Of a stretch of DNA of 64,000 nt, positions 1 to 11,484 are shown one piece after another (the stretch's first letter is position 1; each line of letters starts with the position of its first letter). A program made the translations under genes and the position numbers. The stretch is from Glaucostegus cemiculus (Eukaryota). The stretch lies in assembly GCA_976551045.1 (NCBI GenBank), contig CDPCPM010000344.1, positions 5,704,001 to 5,768,000 of the forward strand, read 5' to 3'. The notes beneath the pieces are model-generated. The model searched no databases and was not told the origin of the DNA. It was given only the letters and a program-made list of their open reading frames with translations.

Positions 1-474
1 GTGACAATAATAAACTAATTTACCAAATTATCCCCCTGGTTTTATCTTTCCAGAGACATCTCTCTCCCCCACTGTCTCTGCATCTTCTGCTGTCTCCTTC
101 ACAGGGATGAAGGGTGTTCAACCTGAAACGTTAACTCTGCTTCTCTTCACACAGATGCGGCCTGACCTGCTGAGCATTTCCAAAATTTTCTGTTTCTACT
201 TGAGTTAAAGTGGGTGTGCTATAAGATTACCTAGAAGTTCAGATAAATCCAAGGAGAAATAACCTTTCGATGAACTCAGGAAGTGCATTTGTGTTGCCTA
301 ACAAGTCAATGTCAACCATCAGGCACTAAATTATACCATGAGGTGGTCACCCACCTGCCATTGTCACCCAGCTCCACCCCTGCCCCCATCCCCTATCTGG
401 CACTACCTGCCTGTCATCTTACATCCCTCCTCAGTCTACCAACCACCTCGGACTCCTTTCTTGCCACTCTCTTT

Positions 475-795
475 GGTATTGGTATTGGTTTATTATTGTC
501 ACTTGTACCGAGGTACAGTGAAAAACTTGTTTTGCGTACTGATCATACAGGTCAATTCATTACACAGTGCAGTTACATTGGGTTAGGACAGAGTGCATTG
601 ATGTAGTACAGGTAAAAACAGTAACAGTACAGAGTAAAGTGTCACAGCTACAGAGAAAGTGCAGTGCAATAAGGTGCAAGGTCACAACAAGGTAGATTGT
701 GAGGTCAGAGTCCCATCTCATTGTATAGGGGACTATTCAGTAGTCTTATCACAGTGGGGTAGAAGCTGTCCTTAAGTCTGGTGGTATCTGCCCTC
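475..795 (-). mobile_element. Rex1/Babar-like LINE 3' end, inserted in a Penelope relic
   Basis: (TTGGTA)n tail with TTTATTATTGTCAC terminus; similar to copies at 9335-9815, 44275-44790 and 53830-54215. Confidence 0.6.
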
Positions 796-1091
796 ATCTC
801 CCCTCTCAGTCCTGACACAGGGCTTCAGCCTGAAATGCTGACAGTTCTCGACCCGCTGAATTCTTCCAGCAGATTGTTGTCCCAGTAATACCAACCATAT
901 ACTAATCCCATCTTATTCTCCTCACATTCCTGAATTCATAAGCCCAATAACATGAGTGAACTCTGAAGGTCTGTGATGTCATGGCTGGTCTTTGTAAAAT
1001 TATAATAGAGCTGCAGACTTAAAGTAAGCCAAATGACAGCACCTGTTCTTATTCATGAACCTTTCTGCCAATGCTAACATTTATGTCCAGA

Positions 1092-1339
1092 TGCGGTAGC
1101 GTACCTGTTAGCGTAACGCTATCAGTCGTCCCAGTGTCTGTACGTTCTCCCAGTGTCTGCAGGTGCTCTGGTTTCCTCCCACATTCCAAAGACGTACAGG
1201 TTAGGAAGTTGTGGACATGCTATGTTGCCGCTGGAAGCGTGGCAACACTTGCGGGCTGCCCCCAGAACACTCTACACAAAAGGTGCATTTCACTGTGTGT
1301 TTCGATGTACATGTGACCAATAAAGATATCTTATCTTAC
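1092..1339 (+). mobile_element. tRNA-derived V-SINE, tail type A (internally deleted)
   Basis: V-domain GGTTTCCTCCCACATTCCAAAGAC and tail ...GTGACCAATAAAGATATCTTATCTT. Confidence 0.8.
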
Positions 1340-2454
1340 CCCTCCAAACATGGAGTCTCATCGCACAAACCTAATCCAGTCCCTGATATGTGCACTTCCA
1401 GTTCTGGAGGCTCAGTGTCAAAGAAGAAGTTACTGTCAAGGTGGACGTAAGATTAAGATTGATCCTTCTGTGGGCAGACAACAGGTAGCAGGAGCTTCTC
1501 AGAAATGGTGAAAAGGGGACTGGGCGACAGGGTAACTTGTGTACAAACACCCGGACAAAGCCTGGAATTTTTTTTTGTTAAATATGTTCATTGTAAGTTT
1601 CTAGAGATGTGCCCTCCTGTGCTCACTATATTCTAACCAGGTCCTACTCCAGTGAAAACAACACCCTCACTGCATTAACAATTCTTCCTGTCTTTGAGTG
1701 AGAGAGCCAATTTATTCCAAATTATACCCATTTTTTTTACACTGTTGGTTTGTGCTCAGTAGGAATGGAGGTGAACTTCACATAACCTTTACAGCTGACA
1801 GAGAGAAAGCAGTCTTTTGCCTCATCACACAGGACTATATTGGTAGTCAAATCCCAGAGGACTGTTCTAATGTAGTATGTCTCTCTGCCCCTTGCTGGGT
1901 CTGTATAATTTAATAAAATCACATTGCTTTCCAGGAGCGTTGAAGAACTTTGAAAGGAGGCTTTTTATTATAATTTGACATTTGAGATTCAGATGGGATC
2001 AATCAAAAATCATCAACAATAGATTCATGAGAATAAAAATGCTTCATTATCTCTGCTGATTGTACACAGCCCCAAACCATGCGGGGTAGGGAAAATTAAG
2101 GGCATGTTCCCAGTTGCATTTTCAGAAATAGTTAAGGGCACGATTGTCCACATTCCCAATGCATTAATGAAGTCAATAAAACTGAGCTGTTCAAAATGGC
2201 TACTTAGTCAATAAATCTTGCTGTAAGTGTAGCTATAGATTCTGTGCTAATTACTTGTTGTTGCAGAGTTTCCGATAGGGGTTACATTACTCGATCAGGA
2301 ATCCGGATTAAAAATCTAGAGAAAGTGAATTCAAATCTCACCCTGTAAATTTTCTGGGTCCTGAACAAAGAACAACCCAGGTTCAAATCGTGGGTGTGTG
2401 TTCAAATGGCATGGATTCCCGGTACTAATACACTACATCCTGCAGTTATATAGG

Positions 2455-3110
2455 ATCTTAGAATCATAGAGCTATACAGCACAGAAACAGGCCCTTCAGC
2501 CCAACTCATCCATGGCAACCAAGTTTCTACCTGTACTAATCCCATTTGTCTGCATTTGGCCCACATCCCTCTAAATCTTTCCTATCCACGTACCTGTCCA
2601 AGTGCCTTTTAAATGTTGTAATTGTACTTGCGTCAACCACTTCCTCTGGCAGCTCGGTCTATATACTTACCACCCTCTGTGGGAAAAAGCTGCCCCTTGG
2701 ATCATTTTTAAATCTTTCTCCTCTCTTAAACCACTGCCCTCCAGCTTAGGACTTCCCTAGTCTGAGGAAAAGACGAAAAACACAATGACGTTGGAGGAAC
2801 TCAGCAGGCCAGGCAGCATCCGTGGAGAAAAGCAGGCGGTCAACGTTTCGGGTCAGGACCCTCCACCAGTCCCGAAGAAGATGCTGCCTGGCCTGCTGAG
2901 TTCCTCCAGCATCATGGTGCTTCTCACCTAGATTCCAGCATCTGCAGTCTTGTGTTTCTCTGGGGAAAAGACATCAGTCTTTCACCTTATTTATGCCCCT
3001 CATGATTTTATAAACCTCTATAAGGTCACCCCTCAACCTCCTAAACAAAGAGCCTATCCAGCCTCTCCTTATAACCCAAGCCCTGTAGTCCAGGTAACCT
3101 CCTCATAAAC
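2455..3110 (-). mobile_element. CR1 LINE 3' end, interrupted by a Penelope-derived insert
   Basis: CR1 3' UTR (ACAGCACAGAAACAGGCCCTTCAGCCC) followed by RT C-terminal sequence on the minus strand. Confidence 0.75.
2775..2958. mobile_element. Miniature Penelope-derived inverted-repeat insertion
   Basis: 29-bp perfect inverted arms at 2792-2820 and 2880-2908; ~14-bp TSD (TCTGAGGAAAAGAC / TCTGGGGAAAAGAC). Confidence 0.7.
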
Positions 3111-3320
3111 CATTGGAAAGATGTGGCTAAGGGAACAATCAGTGCAAGACTTTGATCTTCCAGAATTCTCACAAAATTCAGGAGTATTCCCTACTGCTGT
3201 AAGATAGCAATGATTTGTTGCTGTCCAGTAATCTTGACATCAGTGATATGGAACATAAAACAATCTATTATCATGGATATGGTAAGTGTCACCTTTTAGG
3301 TCATAACATTGACAAGTAAA

Positions 3321-3725
3321 TGTCACAGGCTCTTGTGAGGTAGGTATCAGAGCAAGCTCACAAAGAACCCAAATGCAGCACACTGGTACAAGACTGGAGT
3401 CAGGATACTTCCTCAGGACCAGACACAGACAACACTGGAAGGAATCTTGCCTCAGAGATCTGGATAGTAATCCCAACACAAACTGAATCTTCAAGCAGGA
3501 CTAGAGAATGCAGGACTGCTCTAGAGTAGACCACTCTAAGCAGCTAAAAGCCAAAGTAAACCCGAAGGTTGACCAATACTCTAGCAACTAGTGCTACAGA
3601 AACCCAGTTACTTATGCTAGGCCCCTGATGGGGCTCAGGTGTGTGTCATTATGCAATCAGTCCAGCATGGAATCCATGTGCTGTACAAGGAACCAAATCA
3701 AGGGCCAGTACTCAGAATCATGACA
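3321..3725 (-). mobile_element. Solo LTR, family A (Gypsy-like)
   Basis: TGTCA...TGACA termini; reverse-complement match to 55785-56192; degenerate TSD GTAAA/GTAGG. Confidence 0.8.
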
Positions 3726-6679
3726 GTAGGGGCTAGAAGGCAGTGCAGTAAGACACCAGGAACACATACTTATAAAATGACCTCCGCAATGTAGACATGA
3801 TCTGGGAGCCAATTCATCCATTTTTCATATCACTCAATCACAAAGCTGAAAATCAGTGCTAAATTAAAGCCATATTGATTCACAACACACATACCTTCTG
3901 AGATTTTAGCTCTCAAGTCGTATTTTGTCTGGGATTATCTGAAGGCAATGTTCAAAATTCTGAAAAGTTTGCTAATTGGGAGACACCACCACCAATTAAT
4001 AAGCTGTAAATGAGAGGGTACAACAAGGAATCAATGTGGATTTCTGGAAGAGAAATTATGTTTCACAAAATCTTAAACTTTCGTGAGGTTGCAACTAGCA
4101 GGGTAAATCAGGAGGAACCAGTGGATGTCGTGTCTTTGAAGTTTTAAAAAGCATTGAAAAGATTCATGGAATTTGTATAAGGTATTAACATGGTTTCAGG
4201 AGTAGTTATTGAACACAAAACAGTAAATAAAGTTAAAGGGGCTTTATAGAAACATGGAAATAGGAGCAGAAGTGGGCAATTCAACCCTTTGAACCTGATT
4301 CTCCACTTAATACAATCATAACTGCTCTTCCTCAGTTCTATTTTGCCACTCTCTGCAGAAGGACTGCCGTGATTCAGGGCAGTGAATCACCACCATCTAT
4401 TCAAGGGCAAATGAGGATGGGCAATGTAGGCTGAACATGACAGTGATGCCCAGTTAGTTCCTGGAAAATGAATAAAGTTCCAGCTTCTTGACTCAGATAA
4501 GGGGATCCCTTGCAAATGTACATGTGATTAATAAAGATCTTATCTTATCTTATGCGTGTGTTAATAATACAAATTGAAGTGGAAAAGAGGAAGGAACCCT
4601 GTGATGTAGACCAGTTAGCTGATTTGCAAAGTTATAGCAGATGGAATGTAATGCAGAGATACCTGGTTCTTGCATCAGCTGGAGATATATGGAGAAGCAG
4701 AATTTTGTTTTTAATGGCTACAAAGTGGAATATGTTTATCTTCAGTTGGTATTGGACGCTCTCGTATATGGATCATAGATATAACATAATGGTACATTAG
4801 TCTTTATTAGAAAGAAATTTTCCTATTTTCTTACAACATAGGAGGCCATTTTGGCCCATTAACTCTATCCTGGCTCACTGAACAATGCTATTCCCCCACT
4901 CATTTTCCCTGTAACTTATTCTCCCCCAAGGCTCTATCACTCACCTGCACACTAGGGACAATTTACAGTGACCAATTAACCGGCAAACCTGCACATCTTT
5001 GGGACGTAGGAGGATGCGCAAACGCAGACAGCACCCGAGGTCGGGATTGAACCTGGGTCACTGGAGCTGCGAGGCAGTGACTCTGCTAGCTGTGCCAGTG
5101 TGCCACCTGCTGGAGTCTGAGTGGATAAATCTTATTACAATTGTACAGGGGCTTGGTGAGACTGTAATTGGAATTAATGTGTAAATGTTCGGTCTCCTTA
5201 CCCAAGGAAGGGTGTACCTACCTTCGAGGGAGTGCAGTGAAGGTTCACTGGACTAATTCCTGATGAAAAGGGATGCCTTATAAGTAAAGATTGATTACGT
5301 TTGGCCTAACCTCCTCAAGTCTTAGAAAAATGGGCGATGAAACATAAAATCACCTCAGTGGCTTGTCAGGGCAGATGCCGGGAGGATATTTCAGCAGCAC
5401 AGAAACTGAAAGTCAGTCTCAGAATTAGCAATTTAAGGATGAGAGACTCAGTCTTTTTAATTAAGACTAACAATTGTGCAATGTTGTTAGATCGGCTAAA
5501 CATTCTGCTTGCTGTTTCATTTCTCTCAACTGAATAGCCTTAAAATCATCCTGGAGGAAATCTTCATGAAGGAAAAGGAAAATTATTTTCAAACTTCATT
5601 CCCTTTTCTCCTGAAACCCCCTCTGTTTTTTGGTTCTGCAGCTCTGAACAAAGAGACCCTCTCGATTCCTGTCAGAGCCAGCACAGGCCCAATGGGCCGA
5701 TTGGCTTCCTTCTATCTCGCAGAGAAATATGGAGCATGAGACACAGTAGACGTGACTTCACTTCAGAAAGTAACTTGCAGTAAAAGTTCTTTGGGATTCT
5801 TTAAGGATGTGGTAGAACACTATAAATGCAAATTCTTTCTTCCAGATGAATTTCTGTTGGCCTGAGGGAAATGCGTTGAGGAAGACAGGTTGCACTGTTT
5901 CCCATCGAACTCCATTTATACCATCAATGCCATTTCCTCCCACAGATATGTGGGTGAGAGTGAACAAATAATCACTATTTTTTGTCAAGATTACACCTTG
6001 GAAGGATCTAACAAGGATAATAGGTTGCTTTCTTTATCTCGTCTTAAGATTTTGGACCAATTAGATGACACTGCATCATCCAGTTGCTAATGGTGATAGT
6101 TAATTAGTGCCACTTGCTGCAAGGAAAATGCTAATTACACTCCCACAAAACCTCTGATGAGATCTAAATTGGGTTTGTCACCACGTTCCCGAAACACATT
6201 GTGGGATTTAATCCAGATTTGAAAACTGGAAATGTTTAGAAAGCCCATGATATACAATTTATCACAATTAAGCACCTTCAGAGACTTCATGAGAAATTAC
6301 GTTTTTGACAAGCAATGAAAAATAAGATGACAAGAAATTGGGCATCTTACTACATTAAAATGGTAATATAGTGGTTAAACTGCAGCAGAAGAAGGGCAAA
6401 GACTTGAGTTACAGCCTAAAAGTTTGGAACTTTGAGTTCTAAATCTCATGAAGCTAGTTGGAAAATTTAAATTCAGGTAGTTACATAAATTGGAATTTAA
6501 AGAAATGGTGGTACCAGTGATGGTGACTAATTTAGGGAAGGAAAACTGGTCTCCTTGTCCAACAAAGCATCTCCGTGATGGTTCACTCTCAACTGGCCTC
6601 TGAAGCAAGCAAATCCCTGTGACAAACAGTAATAAGAATAAAAATGAATTGCAACCTGGATTTTTACTCTGTACATAGC

Positions 6680-6930
6680 GTAGCACGATAGCGTAGCGGT
6701 TAGCGCGACGCTGTTACAGCGCCAGCGATTGGGGTTCGATTCCCGTCACTGACTGTAAGGAGTTTGTACGTTCTCCCGTGTCTGCGTGGGTTTCCTCCGG
6801 GTGCTCCAGTTTCCTCCCACATTCTAAAGACGTACGGGTAGGTTAATTTGGGGGTTTAGAATGGGCGGCGCGGACTCATTGGGCTAAAAGGGCCTGTTAC
6901 CACGCTGTAAATAAAATTTAAAATTTATTT
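6680..6930 (+). mobile_element. tRNA-derived V-SINE, tail type B (CR1-derived tail), young
   Basis: A/B-box-like head (GGTTCGATTCCC), V-domain, CpG-rich, tail GGGCCTGTTACCACGCTGTAAATAAAA. Confidence 0.85.
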
Positions 6931-8283
6931 ACATTAATGATTTGGATTATGGAGTAAATGGTTTTGTGACTAAGTTTGCAGATGACACCAAGATAGGTGG
7001 AGGAGTAGGGAATATTGAAGAAACAGGAAGGTTGCAGAAAGACTTAGGTAGTTTAGGAGAATGAGCAAAGAAATGGCAGATGAGATTCAATGTTGAGAAA
7101 TGTGCCATTATACACTTTGGAAAAAGAAATAAACAGGCAAATTATTATCTAGATGGGGAGAAAATTTAAAGTACAGAAGTACAAGGGAACTTGGGGTACT
7201 CATGCAGGACACCCTAAAGGTTAACCACAAGGTAGGATCGGCGGTAAAGAAAGCGAATGCTCTGTTGGCATTAATTTCGAGAGTTATAAAGTATAAAAGT
7301 AAGGAAGTGTTGATGAAGCTCTACGGGGCACTGGTGAGGCCTCATTTGGAGTACTGTGTGCAGTTTTGGGCCCCTTATCTTAGGAAGGATGTACTGATGT
7401 TGGAGAGGGTTCAGAAAAGATTTACGAGGATGACTCCCGGAATGAAAGGGCTTACTTATGATGAGCGTTTGTTAGCTCTTGGACTGTCTTCTCTTTACAC
7501 TCTTGCTGTCTGGAAGAAGGCTCAAGTGCATCAGGGCGAGAACAACTAGACTGTGTAATAGCTTCTTCCCGCAAGCTATTAGATCTGTGAATTCCCTCAC
7601 CCCTCCATCTCTCCCGCAAACACTAAAGGATGCTAGGCGTACAGAAACGTACCTGCACTTTAAATGTCTGCTACCAGATCGTTCACTTTAAGATTATTTA
7701 TTTAAGTTGCATAATTTAATTTCGTGGTTCTAATGTTTTCAGTGTCTTTCTGTCTTGTATGTCTCTTTTGTTTAATGCTTAATGTGACGTGCATCTGTGA
7801 AGTATGGTATCTCGCTCCTGTGCATACTGTGTGTGTATATGGTTGTGACAATAAAACTGATTCTGATTCTGATTCTGGTATTTGTTGAACACAGAAGAAT
7901 GAGAGGGGACCTCATAGAAACATTTAGAATGTTGACAGAGTAGATGTGACTAAGCTGTTTCCCCTGGTGGGTGAGTCGAGGGCTAGAGGGCACAATCTTA
8001 GAATTAGAGGGCACCGGTTTGAAGCAGAAATGAGGAGAAATTTCTTTAGCCAGAGAGCAGTGAAATTATGGAATTCTTTGCCATGTACAGCTGTGGAGGC
8101 CTGATCTTTGGGGGCAGTTAAGGAGGGGATAGATAGGTATCTAATTAGTCAAGGTATCAAGGGATATGGGGATAAGGCCGGAAATTGGGACTAGATAGGA
8201 ATAGTTTTAGTTTAGCTCATGGAGCAGATGTTGGGTCGAATGGCCTATTTCTGCTCTTTTGTCTTGTGATCTTGTGATCTTAT
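6931..8283 (+). mobile_element. CR1 LINE 3' fragment (RT C-terminus and 3' UTR), split by a Rex1 insertion
   Basis: KFADDTK motif and LVRPHLEYCVQFWAPY...LERVQKRFTRM; in-frame stops; (TCTTGTGA)-type tail. Confidence 0.9.
7488..7877 (+). mobile_element. Rex1/Babar LINE 3' end with (ATTCTG)n tail
   Basis: LLSGRRLKCIRARTTRLCNSFFPQAIR peptide; GACAATAAAA(CTGATT)n tail. Confidence 0.85.
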
Positions 8284-9334
8284 GACTGCCACAATCACTG
8301 AACACAGCAAAGACACATTCAATCCAGACAACTCTACAAAGGTCTCAAGTATCTGGGACTGGGGTCTGAAATGAGACAGGATAGTCAAGCAACAGCCTGT
8401 TATGTTCATTCTCACCGCATCACAGTCTTTGCCATCAGCAGTTGTGTGAGATTCCTGTCCCACTGACAGGGCAGACCCACCAGATGTGGCAAGGGTAGTA
8501 TGTAGCAGGAGAAAAGCCTCCAGGAATCCTGGGACCACAGAATGCCTCGTGGCATCAAAGCAAACATGGGCATCAAAATCTTGCCACTGCCCTCGGATGA
8601 GAAATCACAGAATCAGGGAGTCGGTAGTGATTCGGCATAGACAAGGTGGGTCCAAGGCCTTGTTTCTGTGCTGCACTGTTCTATGTTCTATCCAGCTTTT
8701 CCCTCAGCTTCCAGCTTCCTTTGAAAGCCTCATCTTGTGGCATCTATTGAAACAGCCCAATCTTCCATATGTCATTTTTGGTTTTCCCAATCAACTTCAT
8801 ACTATCGGCCCTGGCTCTTCACCCTCTGCCAGAAGGAACACTTTCTCTCTCTGTCTTCTATTTATCTCATTCATAATTTCAAATGCTTCGATCAGAACCC
8901 GTCACACTTTCCTCTTAATGTCATCTAAAGTGGCCTTCGGTTGACCAATGATCATAGCAATAATCGAGGACTGCAGCTATCTATGTGGATAGAACACTGA
9001 CTGACTAATACAGCTTTTACAACAGTTTGGCAGCTGTCATGGTAATGTTTTCTGGTACAGGTCCTCGACCACTGAAGCTTTGGTCAGAACTCCAGAAGTG
9101 AGAATTACGGCCCTTGTTATCAAAGCAACAAGAACGCCTGGTGAAACTGAAGTCAAAGAGAAAGCACCTCATTGATTGGAGTCATCCCTCATACAATAGA
9201 AGATGGTTGTAAGAGGTCAATCATCCTTTCCCAAGATATTCCTGTGGGCCTCCTAGGCCGAACCATCTACAGCTGCTTCTTCAATGACCTTTCCATTATA
9301 AGGTTAGAAAGTGGGACGTTCACTGATGATTGCA

Positions 9335-9815
9335 CAGGTTGGTATGGCAACTGTTCTGTCCGTGACCACAAAAAATTGCAGTGAGTTGTGGACACAGCCC
9401 AGTCCATCACAAAAACCAGCCTCTCCTCTATGGACTCTGTCTACACGTCTCACTGCCTTGGAAAAGCAGCCAACATAATCAAAGACCCCTCCCACCCCAG
9501 ACATTCTCATTTCCCCCTCCTCCCATCGGGCAGAAGATACAAAACCTTGAAAACAAGCACCACCAGACTCTGTCCTGCTGTTATAAGACTCTTGAACAGA
9601 TAAAGATGAACTCCTGACCTCGTCATGGCCCTTGCACTTTAGTGTCTACCTGCACTGGACCTTCTCTGCAGCTGTAACTGTAACTCTGTTCAGTTGGTTC
9701 TTTCCCCTTGCACGACCTCAAAGTATTTATGTTTTGAAATGCTCTGTATGGATTGCTTGCAAAACTGAGTTTTTCACTGTATCTGGGTACATGTGACAAT
9801 AATAAATCAATTCCA
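9335..9815 (+). mobile_element. Rex1/Babar-like LINE 3' fragment
   Basis: IIKDPSHPRHSHFPLLPSGRRYKTLKTSTTRL peptide; GTGACAATAATAAA terminus. Confidence 0.8.
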
Positions 9816-10029
9816 ATGCTCAGTTCCAATCACATTCCTCAGCAGTCTACATCCACATGCACCAAGAGTATGCACATGCCGTCTGATGTGGCAAATAACA
9901 TACGTACCTCAGGCAATGACCATCTCAAACAAGTAAGGTCACCACCTACCTTTAATGTTTAATGACAGTGCCATTGCTAAATCAAACTCCCTCTCTCACA
10001 CTGGGGTCACCATGGATCACAAGCAGAGA

Positions 10030-10295
10030 TCAGATAAGATATTTATCTATTAGTCACACATACATTGAAACATACAGTGAAATAGATCTCTTTTGCACTG
10101 CTAAGAAAGTTCTGGGGGCAACCCGCAAGTGTCGCCACTCTTCCAGTGCCAACACAGCATGCCCACAGCTCCTAACCTGTATGCCTTTTGAATGTGGGAA
10201 GAAACCAAAACATCCAGAGGAAACCCACGCAGACACGGGAAGAACATACAAACTCCTTACAGACAGCAGCGGGAATTGAACCCAGGTCGCTAGCA
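10030..10295 (-). mobile_element. V-SINE, tail type A, 5'-truncated
   Basis: Reverse-complement match to the SINE copies at 17845 and 62821. Confidence 0.85.
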
Positions 10296-11484
10296 TAGAT
10301 CACAAAGTACGTCAGAAGTTGCACATCCTCTGGCAAGTGGCTGATGTCCTGACATTTCCAAGTCTTTCCACTCTCCAGAAGACATGTTGGGAGCAGTGGG
10401 GCAGGGGTGCAAGGTGGAATATTCTCCATTGGTCTGGATGAGTGCAGCTCCAACAGCACAGAATAAACACGGGACCATCAGGGCAAAGCCCACTGAACTG
10501 GCATCCCATCCACCACCATAAATACACATACACCCCACCACCGCTGCACAAGGGCTGCATTAGTGCACTGTCCACAAAATGCACTGCAGATAGTAACCTT
10601 GGCTTCTCTGCCAGCACGTCCTAAACCTACGATGAAGATGGACAAAGGCAGCAGGTGCACGGGGATGCCAGCACTTACAAGTAACCTTCCACGATGCGTA
10701 CTATCCTGAGCCTGAAAATTCTTGCTGTTCCTTCATCGTCATTGAGTCAAAAGTCTGCAGCCTCCCACCTAATGGCATAATGGGAGTACTTTCTTCAGAA
10801 GGATGGCCACTGTTTAAGAAGGTGGCTCTCCACCACCTTTTCAAAGGCGCTTAGGGATTCAATAAATGCCAGCCGTGCTGGTGACACCTACTTTGCACAA
10901 AAAGAATAAATGGAAAGAAAGAAGTCAAATTTATAGACCAGTTTTACAACTTGATGGTGGTATGTGGTCATTGGCTTGTTGGATCCACATCATAATCAAC
11001 AGTCCCTTCTATCCACTGCATAGAACCAAATCGCACGCCATTGGTTCCCCCATGGAGGAAGTAGGTTATTGCTGAAATCCTTTTTTTTCCCATCACCAGG
11101 AAAAACTGAATGATGGCAATTATTTATTACCTCTTCCAATCGCACTGTTCCTTAAAACAAAGGCAGGAGTCTGAAACCCGTCATGTAGTCTGTGTGGTGT
11201 ACAATTGATTTGTGAATGTCATGTTTCATATGCTTTGTCTGGTACAGTTCCAGATCCATTAGATTGAAGAATTAAACAGCTTATTCATTTGTAGCTACTT
11301 AAACTGAAATTTAACCCTTGGCACAAATGGCAGAACTGCTTTGAGCTCTATATTTGCATCTTCTTTGCTTAGATCCTAAAAGACAAACTCCCAGAGCAGA
11401 GACAAATTATATTCATGGCTCGAGTTCTGAGGTTTGATTTTCTGTTGATAAAACCTCACCAGAAACCTTAAGAACAAATCTTTG

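Noticed and set aside
5846-5953. Possible 108-nt plus-strand exon (TTCTTCCAG ... GG/GTGAGA)
   Set aside because: Peptide unrecognisable; the acceptor pyrimidine tract appears to be the tail of an old SINE; no partner exons seen.
6684-6760. tRNA gene
   Set aside because: It is the tRNA-derived head of a SINE and continues into the V-domain and tail.
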